DNA of 63,982 nucleotides, the filler included, from Basidioascus undulatus (Eukaryota), in NCBI GenBank assembly GCA_000826855.1. It is 4 parts of 4 records of this genome, joined end to end, with 100 filler letters (N's around TTAATTAATTAA, not from the genome) between each part and the next. Parts side by side here need not be neighbours in the genome. Positions count along the whole stretch, not along the records: positions 49,684 to 63,982 come from JTLS01000743.1; 3 more parts are not named here. One strand, written 5' to 3'. Position numbers and translations under genes: made by a program. Positions 50,963 to 63,086 of the stretch are shown piece by piece. The notes below the pieces were generated by a model that saw nothing but the letters and a program-made list of their open reading frames with translations, was not told where the DNA came from and ran no database searches. How positions within the stretch are numbered: position 1 is the stretch's first letter; every line of letters starts with the position of its first letter.

Positions 50963-53735
50963 AAGGGGATCTTGTCGGCCAAAGAATACATCTTGAAAGC
51001 GTTGTCGAAGTTTGGTCAGTTGTTGTCTGCAGCTTGCCCGGTTAAATCCGTTGAAGCTGGAAGTCGCTTTGAGTCAGATTGAAGCTCAGCAATCGAGCAC
51101 AGTCGTGCGCAGTCGAGCAAAGTTGCAGAAAAAGAGAGTCCGTTTGTGATCGCGACCTGGCGGATTGCGTTCTGCCAGAAGTGCACAAGTTCTCTATTGA
51201 TCCGGAACAAACAAGATGTTGCTAAGCCAAGAACTTCTTTGTTGACGTCCTGACTGAAGTTCAGTATCAAGAGCGCTGACAAGACTGGCAAGAGTGTCGT
51301 GTGGTGCATTTACCTCCGGCGATGCAGCGTTTCGCAAGGCCTCACTCCCACGGCCCACCTCACATCTGCACCCGGACAATCATTGGCTATCGAAGGGAAA
51401 TTTCAGCGACCCCCCGATGCTGACTATCTTGGCGCAGAATCCCAGCCTCATTCAGCTTATCCAGCTTGCGCTCAAGTCTCTGCGGTCTTCGGGTCTTAAC
51501 GAGAAGCGCTGTTGTTCCTACAGCCGCCTTTCGTTTAGTGTCCCATCTTGACGAACGGCCGGGTATTTACAAATAAGTTGGCCACTCTCTTTGGGCTGGC
51601 ATCACTTCCAGTCGTTATTCAACGGCCGTCTGCCTTACCAACGCTCACAGTGCAACGCTCGACACAACCGCCGCCGCACACGGATGATACCGGCAAGCCA
51701 CGTCCATCGACTGTACTTCATAAACGTAAGTCCTAGTCCTTCCTGACAAGGAAAAGAGTAGTGCTGCATTCTCGCGCTTTCCTCTTGCGGTCAAAATGCT
51801 TGCGGTTACTCGATGCAGGCAAACAGGTCAACACTTTCATAGGGTTAGGGTTACAATGCATGCGAAATAAGGGAAAGGAAGGTACATGCATCAGCCGACG
51901 CCCGCAGCCCTCACGCTCCGCCATCCCAGCACCCCAAAGGAGCATCCAGGCGGTGTGAAGCGCGCACGTCATCGAGGCAACCACCCGAAGGAGGCACAGA
52001 AGTTCTCGGCGGAAGGGAGGGGGATTGCGAATCTTCGTCGCCCGTGTAACGAGGTGGCAGATGTAAATCTACGAGACTGGATACTTCCTATAGAATATGA
52101 TCCTATGGAGTACCGTCATGAAGAAAGGGGACGGGTCGTGGGGCGAAGGGTATTTATGGGGCAGAGTAAGGTTTGGTCCTGTACAGTTCTGGCAAGGTGC
52201 GAACGCAGCTCGTTAAGGTTCAGCGTCGTTCTCCGGCCTCCCCTCGACGATCGTGAGTAACGCGGCTGTTTCTCTCAGCAGATACGCTGATTGGAGGACT
52301 AAACCACATCCATATTCACATAGCAACCCTTGATGTGCTGGAACCTCGGAAAGCGGCGCGGCGGACATGATGCTTTCTTGCCTTACCCGCGTCACACCCT
52401 CACCTAGTCCACGGCTGCCACCCACACTGCCTAAGCCGACTCTGAATCTTTGTTAAGCCGCATTCAAACAGGACTCAATACCGAACTATGACCTCTTCGC
52501 TCGACCGCTAATTTTCGGGCATTTTTGGGTCGGGCCTCGCAGCTCTTCCAATTCTTGGTTCCAACTCATTCGGTCTTTCTCTTGCGTTCACGCAGGCGTA
52601 CTGACTTCGACTTTTCCTTGTTCGGCCTTTCAGCGCCTCTTCTGAGGGTCAACACCTTTCATCCTCGACTCCTTGGAGCTTTTCGCCATTTGCTCAACTG
52701 CGCGTCGGCGCGGCCTGTTGACCTCTTTGTTCATCTCCCTCCGTCGCCTCAGCTATCCATGCACATCCATGGGCCTTCTATTAAGCACTTCATTTATTTA
52801 AAGCTCAGGCTGCCGAACTCGCTCTTTCCCCGATCAAATTCCTGGTCCAGCTGCACTCTGCGGCCGTCTTCTCTCGCGTCTAATATCGACGCGGGACTCC
52901 TCCTTTCGCACCCAAGCTGGTCTGGGCCGGCGCTATCCACATCCGGAGTGATTTACACCGTCGCTCTCTTCGTATTCTATAAGCCGGCTTCTCGCTGCTT
53001 GTGCAGAGTCGCCACGTTCGCTACCACAACTTGGCAGCCAATGCCTTCCCTAACCCGACTACTCGACGCTCGACCTCCCCCTCCCCATCACTTCGCCGTC
53101 GTCACCACCCAAACTCTTCCGGTCCTACAAGCGCTTGCCCTCTCACCGCCGCCGCTGAGCGACCCGCGTCGCCTAATCGTCTGCTTGTGAAGCTGCGCCA
53201 AGGTCTCTTTTGCACTGATTTTTGGGAGGGTTTCTTGCCTGCACCCTTGGTTCTCAACAGTACTGTTGCACTATCTCTATTCACCGACATTGATTGCTAA
53301 AATTCTGAGCATGTTTAACACAACGCGGATTCGAAACTGTCGCGCTGCCGCCATTAATTGATCCGCAGAACAAACGCTTCCTTAATCAAGCGGTTTACAA
53401 AGTATCCCTGAAACGTCAAATGTCGCTATATGTCTTGATGTTAATTATTTTTAAAGTTTTAAAATGAGCCATGGTCAAGATCAGCGCTGTCAGGACCCCG
53501 GAGGCACTGCGGTGCTTTCACTCTTTCCCCAACAGCCAAGAGCCGCTATTTGAGAAACACATGGCAAAACTCCTTTGTTCTGTAAGGCAAAGCAACGGCG
53601 ACATTCCTCGGGGGCAGGCGTGAAGGGGCAGAGTTCGAGACATGACCTGCGAGTGAGCCGCACTTTACCACAGGCCTCTACCACAGGCCTCTCTTCTCCG
53701 CACTCCCTCATCTTGAGACTGCTTAGATTGTCCAA

Positions 53736-54563
53736 ATGTCTTCCGTTCACAACCAGGGTCTCATTGAACGGTTTAATGTGGGACGTGAGCGCCTTCGACG
53801 TTTGCTGTCGGCGCCGTACTTTCACCACACTCTCTTGTTGCTGGTGAGCCTTTCGCTCACATAGTGGAGTCCCAAGTGCTCTGACGAAACGCTCAAAGTT
53901 TCTCCCCCAGATCACGTTTGACACCATCTTGTCTTTCACGGAAGTCGCCTATGTCTACCTGCGTGACCAGTGCGCCGAGTGCCGGCATGAAGATCCCACC
54001 TGGGTGGAAGTCATGCACGCCCTCTCGCTCTGGATAATCACACTGTTCCTGATCGAGGTCCCTCTGGAGCTTGTAAGTAATGAATTTAACCATCTGGCGC
54101 TCTAGAACTCACTCGTATGAGGTGCAGATCGCGTTCGGGACAGCGTTGTACACCGCAGGCCCGCACTGGTGGCTCCACATCCTTGACACGTTGCTCATCA
54201 TCACGAGCTTCATTCTCGAGATTGTGCTAAAGGTGGAACAAAGATAATGAGGAGCATAATAAATATCCCAAGTCTCACTTCTGTTTTCTCATCAGGGTCG
54301 CGAGTCGGACCTTGCTGGACTCCTCATCGTACTTCGACTCTGGCGCATCGTGAAGCTAGTGGGAGGTGCAGCAGTAAGATTGTAGCTGCTAAGCTTCTGG
54401 GAGACAATTAAATCTGACTAAGCTTTCACTTAAGGTTGGAGTTGGGAAGGGGGACGAAGAGCTGGCTGAACGAATAGAGCATCTGGAGGCTGAGCTGGCG
54501 GCGATGCGCGAGGGTGAGCGGCTTCAGCGAGCGGACGAAATGACAGGCGGACCACCCAAGTAA
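53736..54563 (+). CDS. Hv1: Voltage-gated proton channel Hv1 (HVCN1-like), 193 aa, 5 exons
   Basis: Exons 53736-53843, 53911-54072, 54128-54232, 54296-54373, 54435-54563 splice in frame; S1 FHHTLLLLITFD (Asp), S2 LFLIE, S3 HILD...SFILE, S4 LLIVLRLWRIVK, C-terminal coiled coil; no pore domain. Confidence 0.92.
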
Positions 54564-55545
54564 TTGCTGGAGGTATACATATAAATATGCCCGATATTAC
54601 TCGTTCTACCAGGCGAAGCGATGAGAGCCATGACAGTGGCAGTTGTCCCTCTGAAGTTGTCCTTCTGAAGTTGCTCGATTGCCGGGTTGTAGAGTGCCGG
54701 CTGTCTGAGCTTGCATATCAAGCATCACCTGAGCATTGTCTAACTCAAACTTACTCACAGAAACGGTCCTGCTCGCAGCGTGCGAATAGGCCGTCCAACT
54801 TATCTAGTAGGCGGTGGATTCGCAGTCAAGCCAGTTCCCTTACCTTTCCTTACCTGGTTCGACCGTACCAGTTCTCGGAAACGATGTACACACAGACCAA
54901 CTACATTCGCACTGGATGCGGTTGACTGCAGTCAGAACTCAGACTGTGCATATTTGGCGCTATCTAGCAGTGTGACGAGGTGATAGGCACTCACCCGGCC
55001 GTGTCTTCTCCTCGAAACGGCCGAGACGGGGGCCGAAAGATTAAGAGGCATGGGCACATGCCGATTTGCCGCGCGGCAGTCGGGAGATCATGGTCGGGAT
55101 CCGGATGTGGAGATTATTGCGCACCGCCAGGGGAAGGTCCGGGACCAATCGATGTCCAACAGAGGGCATAAAACACAAACTCTCTCCTCGAGCTTGAAAG
55201 TTTGAAGTACGGTCGGTTGGACACAAGGTCGTGAGGACTTCCTTGACCACAAACCGCACCTGCATGCTCTCCATTGACTGCGGTTGTCCATAGCTTGTTT
55301 CCCTCGAATTTGAGTGTTCGACATCGGGCGCCGGAGTGTGCCGAAGCCATTCACGGCACTGTAGCGGCGTTGGTTGGCCACCATTGCTGCCAGTCATCCC
55401 GCATGCCTCATCATCCCAATTTAAGCATCTCGTGCGGGGTTATCGACGATTTTGAGATGGACGGCTGCAGCTCCTAAGCTCTCGGCCACCATCATCTTTC
55501 CCTGGTGTAACATCCTCCCCGCTTCGCCCACTTCCCACAGTTCAC

Positions 55546-58500
55546 ATGGCGGCGCATACCCACGACGAGAAGCATCCGAACTCGCCGCCGCGCTCGACCA
55601 GGAGCTCGTCCGAACCGACCATGGTGGGATACGCTCCCCCGCCGGGCGCGATGGAGGAGGGGAAGGTTGCGTTTGTGCCGTATAGGGGAGAGGGAACGGC
55701 GGAGAACCCTTACATCGTGGATTGGTTGGAGGGCGAGCGGGATAACCCTCAAGGTGCGTTCCGAAACGCGCAGCTTTCCGCGATAAGGCAACGCTGAACG
55801 TGACGTGTCGCTGTGTCTTTCTAGCTTGGGGGAAGGTACGCAAATGACAAGGTATTATTATAGAGCTCATGCTGAACCGGCTCTGGTTGTAGACTCGCAA
55901 ATGGTCAATCACTCTTGCAAACGCTATAGCGACGTTGTGCGTTGCTTTCGCGTCAAGCGCGTACAGTGGCGGTGCTGCAGCCATGGTCAGGTACTTCGAG
56001 GTCAAGCAAATCAGTGCGTTCCTGTCCTGAGAATTTAGCGTTGGCGAACCGGACGCTGAACGATCGCCTCCCTGTCGCGGTGGACAGTCATTGTCGCCGG
56101 AATCACAGTCTTTGTGCTGGGATTCGCACTGGGACGTGAGTACTCCGTTCCACCATCCGTTCGCCCTGATTTCTGACTTGGGGGATACTCTTGCAGCGTT
56201 GCGTGCGTGCTATGCTGATTGCTGTCGCGACCACCCGGCACTTTACTGACATGTTTGCGCATCAGTTTGGGCGCCACTGTCGGAGATGTGTTCGTCGTCA
56301 TTTGCGAATCACGAGCATGTCGAAGCGACTGACTGGTGGCTGCAGATGGGCGGAGAAGAATCTTCATCGTCAGCTACGGCCCGTTCGGTGCGTCTCTGGC
56401 TGGATCTGGGTACTGTTCTTGCAAGCATCTGACAGCGCCTCGCCAGCCATTTTCAACATCGGATGTGCTCTGGCACGCAACATCGGTCAGCGGTCGCGTC
56501 TACCCTTTTAACAGGGCGCCATTTTGACGCACGTGTGCTTTCCAGAGACCTTGCTCGTCTGTCGCTTCTTCGCCGGCTCATTCGGCTCGAGTGTACTCGT
56601 TAACGCAGGAGGCGTTCTGGCCGACAGTAAGGCGGACTGGGTCGTTGTGCGTTTGGCGCCAAGCTGAGTGGTCTTTTGTCCAGTGTTCCCCCCTCAAGAG
56701 CGCGGCATCGCGACCGTCTTCTTCGCGCTGGCTCCTTTCATGGTAAGAACAATCTGCATTGTCCCTCCGAGCTGGTGCTGATAATATCGTCTTTTCTGTG
56801 CACAGGGCAAGTCAGCAGGTCTTTGCACCCATGAACCATGCTAATCTTTCTCTTGCTCGGCACCGCTCAGGTCCCGTTCTCGGTACGCCGTCCGCAACCT
56901 GCTGAAAATTTGAACGCGGTTCTCACACACGCAGTTGCTTTCTAGGACCGATCTGTGGTGGCGTGCGTCTCGCATAAACCCGAATAAGTTGAAATTCGTG
57001 CTGACGGGCCCGGCTTCCACAGTTCCTATCGTACGCGTCCTGGCGTGACATCTGTATGTCTGGGCGCCTATCCCGGGAGGGGTACATCGTCGCTGAACAC
57101 CCCATCCACTGCAGTCTGGCTGCTCTTTGCCTTTGCCGGGGCGATGTTCATCATTACTTTAGTTCGTCTCCGAAACCGCCTACTGCGCTGCGCGGGCGCG
57201 GTGCTCATGCCCTCGACTTCGTCCGGCAGGTCATCATGGACAAGGAGACGTACGCGCCCGTCCTTCTCCGCCGCAAGGCAAAGAAGCTCTCGAAGGAGAC
57301 AGGCAAGCACTACGTTGGCAAGTACGATGAGGGCCTTGTCTTGAAGAAGAGCGAGATCTTCAAGGTCAACTTGACCCGGCCATGTTCGTCACACGTCTTT
57401 CCCATGCACCGCTCAAGCAGAGTCTGACGCTCCATTTGCGGCCACAGTTGTCCTGCTCTTCCTTGAGCCTATTGTACGCTGTGACCACAGCGCTCCTCAT
57501 TCGGCATGCACGGTGTCTCATCTCCACATCTGCAGGTCCTGTTGATCTCGATCTGGCTCGCCATCGTCTACGCGAGTTCTTCCTGCCTCACCGCCTCCAT
57601 TGCGACTAGCACTGACCTGGACTCGACCTCACAGGGCACGCTGTATCTGTAAGACCAGAGCAGCCGTAAAGACGGACCTCAAGCCACCAAGCTGACTTAA
57701 TATGCCTTCACTCGTGCAGCTGCTTCGCAGCGTTCCCGATCGGTATGTCGCAGAGTACCTCTCAACGTCACGACTAGAGCTAACTAGCGTCGACATTCTT
57801 CTTCCACCCCAGTCTTCCAGTGGGCTTCTTCGACATTGCGACTCTGGAAGCTAAGCAGCTCACCTGGCGTGTCATCAGGCAGGAGGAGCGCGGCTGGGGT
57901 CCAGGTGTCGGAGGGCTCGCCTTCATTGGGATGGGCATTGGCATGGTCCTCGGCGCCTTCCTGGCACCCATGACGAACCGGGTGCGTCTCGCTCTGCGTA
58001 GATGCGGCCTTTCGCCGTACTGATCCGATTGACCTACTCGGTTGTCGCGAACAGATGTACGTCAAGGCGTGCGAGAAGTCGCCGACTGGTCGCGCACCGC
58101 CCGAGGCCCGCCTGCCGATGGTCTGTATCGCCGGCGTGCTCCTTCCCATCGGTCTCTTCTGGTTGTGCGTAATCTCTCGATGCCTGCAACTCCAAGAGCA
58201 AGAACTGATCTGCTTTTGCAGTGCATGGACGACCTTCCCATCGGTGCACTGTATGTGGTAGTCAGGCTTCATGCGACGATGTCCAGTTCAGCGCTGACAT
58301 CCTCGCTGCAGGGATCGTCCCCATCATTGCCACAGTTCCCTTCGGCATGGGCATGCTCATACTCTTCACCGGTTCGATTAAGCGAGCTTGGCCCACTCTC
58401 TATTTGCTCCTCTCGCGCCGCTGATCGTGCCTCTGGAACAGCTACCTCATCGACGCCTACCTGCTGTACGCCGCCAGTGCCCTCGCCGCAAACTCGGTTC

Positions 58501-58952
58501 TGCGCAGTCTTTTCGGCGCCGTGTTCCCCCTATTCACTTCCGACGTGGGTTTGCCAGCCTCTCTTTTCAGTCGTGGCTGCCGCTCACCTGTTCGTTTCAA
58601 CGCAGATGTACCACAACTTGGGCACGCAATGGGCTAGCTCCATTCCCGCGTTCCTGGCTCTTGCATGCGTTGTAAGTGTCGCGACACCAACCACTAGGGA
58701 TCCCCACGCTTACCTGGGACAAACGAAGCCCATTCCTTTCGCCTTCTACAAGTGGGGCGCGAAGATTCGCGCAAAGGTACGTTTCGCAGTTTGTCCACAG
58801 ATTCTCGTGATGGACATCCCTAGTCGTTTCCCTCCCGTCCGCAGAGCCGCTACGCACCCAAGCTCCCCCTCGCCCCTCTGCCCCCGCAGGAGGCGGAGCC
58901 AGAGCCAGAGCTGGCGGAGCAGATGAAGGTCGAGCCGGAGGAGAGGGCATGA
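55546..58952 (+). CDS. MFS drug:H+ antiporter (DHA1 family), highly fragmented by introns
   Basis: [54 protein letters not shown]...[68 protein letters not shown]. Confidence 0.94.
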
Positions 58953-59739
58953 GCTTTTACTCTACAGGAACACTTGGCTTTCTGTTTGACTCACATTTTA
59001 CACGGGCGCTTTTCTTCATTGGACCTCATTCTTCTAATTCGCGTCTGGCCCTGCCGACCTTTATCGTTGGACGAGGGCTGGCCTTCGTCCCGGAGGAAAT
59101 GCCTCTAGCATCTTCGCATTTGCGCGCTGTGTTATTGCGCCATACCCAATAGACAGCGTTCGCTATATCATGCATGATATTACTAACATATCTAAAATTA
59201 GCTCTGCCCAGTGCTGCTCGTCTATGGTCGTTAGACGGGAACGGATTCAGCAGTGGCGACACTCTTTCTTGAACGGTGTCGGCGATTTCGCTTTTCTTGC
59301 CTCCTACACGATGTAGACCGGAGTCAGTGTAAGCCAGTGCATGAACGCACTATCTCATCTGATAGCCATAATCGTCTACCCCCCTGCCCCAAGTCAAGAT
59401 CAGACATCCACATCGCCCAGTGCGCTGTCGTACTACCGCGGCTTCACGTCCCTGTATACCGCACCGATTGTCTGGAAACCGTTGGAACTCAACATTCTTC
59501 CTGATGCGCCAAAACGTTGGTAAGTCTGGATTTTAGATCCGCAAAAAGCAATCACTCTCGTCCACGCAATCTGCCATACAGCTTTCCGTCCGCAACGTTC
59601 CTCTCAGCCGTCCCCCGAGCGTGGACGCTGACCAGATCACGTCCGCTCTCATTGCCTGCATAGTTATCTTACCATCTATTTCTTCCCTCTCACAAATCCC
59701 CAAAAATAATCTTCCAGCACCCTACTACTCTCCACCGAA

Positions 59740-61182
59740 ATGATGAAAGCCATCGCCCTCTCCTCCTCCGCCTCCGGCCCAGATGTCCTTCACGCCGTGC
59801 AGCTCCCGGCCCCCACTCCTGGGCCCAAGGAAATTCTCATACGCCTCAGGATAGTATCTCTATGAGAGGTCTTGCTTTGTACGCTCCCAATTCTGAGCAC
59901 TGAGTACGGAGGTGAGCCTCGCAGGAACCCTCTCGAGATCAAGATCCGTCAAGGCACCTGGGCTGGGGGCCAACTTCCCGTACGCTCTTTCCTCCTCCGC
60001 CTCACCGTCATTGACGATTTTTTACATTTCCACCCCCCTCCCAGCCCGGCTCTGTACTCGGCTTCGATCTCTCCGGCACGATCGTCTCGCTCGGGTCAGA
60101 CGCGCAAGCTTCACGCTTGATTCCTCCATTCCAACAGGGTCCAACGCCGAGTTCGCCGTGATGGATTACCGCGCTGTGGCCCGCAAGCCTGAGCCGGTGG
60201 GCTGGGCGGAGGTCGCCGCGATCCCCCTTGTGGGGCTTACGGCGTGGGAGATGTTGGTGGAGGGGATGCAGGTTAAAGGGGGGGAGGGGGCGTGGTTGAT
60301 CGTCAACGGTGCGTGAGGTTTTCTCTCCATCTCCGAATGGAATTGGGAAACTGATTATGGGAAGGCATACAGGTGTGGGAGGCGTGGGATTAGTTGCCAT
60401 CCAGCTCGCTCGTAACGTCCTGGGCGTGAAAACAGTCATTGCGAATGCGTCGCGCCCCGAAACGTCTTTTTGCCTCCTTCCATCCTCTACCCATCATCAC
60501 TCACCTTTCTTAATCTTCAGAGTCAATCACGTCCGCACCCTCGGCGCAACGCACACGATCTCGCACCGCTCGCCGCTGAAACCTCAGATCGATGCGCTCG
60601 GCCTCGAGGAGGTCAAGTACGTCGTAGTGCTGGCGACGATTACGAAAGACCTTTTGGATCAGATATGGTCCTCTCCCACCTCAACATGTTAACTTGTCGT
60701 AAGCTTATGAGACGGGAAACAGGCCATCGGCCTCCTCGATCCCCGCGGGAAGATCGGACTGGCGGTGCAGGGCGCCCCGGACGCGTACGGGGGGCTCGGT
60801 AAAGCACAGGGCAAGGGTTTGTCCTTCCACTGGGGTACGTATTTCCTCCGCCCAAGATCCAGCAAGTTACTGAACAAGTTGGGGATCAGGATTCGTGTTC
60901 ACCAAGCAGCTCTTTTCCCCGGAGGTGCACCTCGCCGAGCAAGGCGCGGCGCTCGCGCAGCTCGCGCACTCATGGACGAAGGGAAGATGCGGCCGCGGAC
61001 ATCGTGACTAGGCGGATGCCGCTGACTGTTGCCGGGCTGAGGGAGGCGCACGAGTGTGAGTTTGCCTGAGATCGATGACTGGCGGGGAAGGGGCTGACGC
61101 GCTTGTGGCGGAACTACCAGTTTTGGAGAGTGGCAAAGCGTTCGGGAAGATCGTGTTGGGTCACAGCCCAGGTCTCGCATGA
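59740..61182 (+). pseudogene. Zinc-type alcohol dehydrogenase-like / quinone oxidoreductase (MDR superfamily), disrupted
   Basis: MKAIAL, PAPTPGPKEILIR, NPLEIKIR, VLGFDLSG, GSNAEFA, AAIPLVGLTAWEML, NGVGGVG, ASRPET, LREAHE/LESGKAFGKIVL; missing the GDEV segment, frameshifts near 60110 and 60965-61000, two intron donors read AT. Confidence 0.8.
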
Positions 61183-61915
61183 GAACAGGACCAGTGCACG
61201 CGGAGGATGCTACTCTCTTCCCCTCGACGGTGACACTCCAGTCCCAGCTGTCCCTGTATGGTGGGACTGGTTCCGCTTGAGCCTGCCAGGTTTGAAGGAT
61301 GCTTGATGTCCACATGAGACTGCCGGCAACCGACGCAGCTTCCACATTATAACATACTTGTGATTTGATCAGCGTGCTTCCCTCCTTTCGTCCAGATTCT
61401 GTTGGACGATTGAACAAATGTCCATTCTCCCGGCCTCGAGTCTTTTTCACCTCGGGCGCTCGGCCGGGACCGTCTTGCGTACTCCCGCCAGCATGCCATG
61501 TCGGCTTACCCGCACCGTTGCGGTGTTACGGTCCTGTCCTGGAAGCGAACATTCTGTGCAAGCCCGCTGCATCGCTATAGAGGCCATACAGTACTCTACC
61601 TGTGGCGGTACCCACATGCTATAGCGCTAGACGGACCGTGCAGTTGCTGTAGTCAGAAAACACCAAGGAGCAGTTGTCTTGCAAGCTGAGCGACGGCGGG
61701 AACGCTTTGAAAGTCATTGCACATCTGATAATTGAGAGCTTTACATAGTGTTTGTTGGCCGCGTGTCGGCAATATCGCCAGCGTAAGCCAACTACATGGC
61801 AGCGACAGCCACCATTCGCGCCCTGCTCCCTGTCCCTCGAATTGAAGCAGATCATGAACAGCTCACGCACACAGCATCCCTGTGCTGCCATCCGCAAAGC
61901 AGAAAGATCTATCAT

Positions 61916-63055
61916 CTATCGAGCCCATCCGACGCCCCCACTCGTGTCCCCGTCCGCCACCCTCCCGCCCTCGGCCTTCTCCGCCGGCGCGTCCTCGACG
62001 AACCCAAACTGCCCGCGGTTCCAGTGCTTCTGCGTGCGCTTGTTGCCCGCGCCCTCGCCGTAGAGCTTCGCCCACTTGCGGAGGTCCGGGAGGGTGCCCA
62101 TGTCCTACAGGACAGGAAGGGTTGGGCATGTGAGCAGGACAGGTGATGGGGAAGGGGAGAGAGAACGCACCTCGGACGTCGACGGAGACACCTCCTTGAG
62201 CGCGCGCTCAAAGTGCGACATGGCGAGGACACGCTGCGGGGCGGGCGGCTTGCTAGTGCTCTCGGCGCTTGTGCTCTCCTGTGCAGGAGCAGCCCCGGCC
62301 TCTGGAGCGGCGGGAGCAGGCGCCTCGTCTGCGAACGGCGCAGGACCGACCTCCACTGCCTCGGCGGCAGGCGCAGGCGCAGGCTTCTCCGCCTCCGCCT
62401 TCGTCTCCGTCTTCTTCTTGAGCCACGGCACGTCGACGTTCTCCTTGAGCGCGATGAGCGCTGCAGAGACACATAGCTCTGCCGCCCCACCCGCATCACC
62501 CAAATAAGCCTAGGTCCGACACCGCCTCGAGAAAGAGGGGAAGGAACGCACGCTTAAGGTCCGAGCCCGAGAAGTACTCGGTGCGCTTGGCCAACCCCGC
62601 AAGGTCCACGTCTGGCGCGAGGTGCTCGTCCCGCAGGTGGATCTCGAGGATCCTTTGCCGGTCCTCCTCGCGCGGGAGGTCGACCAGGAGGCGCCGGGGG
62701 AGACGGCGGAGAAGGGCGTCGCTACCACGAGCCACCAACGCCCCATGTCAGTTGTTACCAGCCCAGCAGTGGAAGAGCGAGGACGGGGGCAGGAAGAACG
62801 CACTCGAGGTCAAACGGCCGGTTCGTCGCGCCGATCATGACGATCCCGCCGCGCTCGCGGTTGTCCGACGGGCTGTTCAGCCCGTCCAGGAGCTGGAGCA
62901 TCTCGGTCACCTGTGGTACCCACGCCATCCTTCATCAGCTCCTACTCCCATTGCTTCCCGCCGGAGAAAGAGAGAGCGGGAGGACCGACACACCATCTTC
63001 CGATGCGCCTGATTCGAGCTGTCTGACCGCCCGGACGAGCGGCCCGAGACGAGCC

Positions 63056-63086
<31 letters not shown>

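Noticed and set aside
51840..51853. TAGGGTTAGGGTTA telomere-like motif
   Set aside because: Only about two units; compatible with chance.
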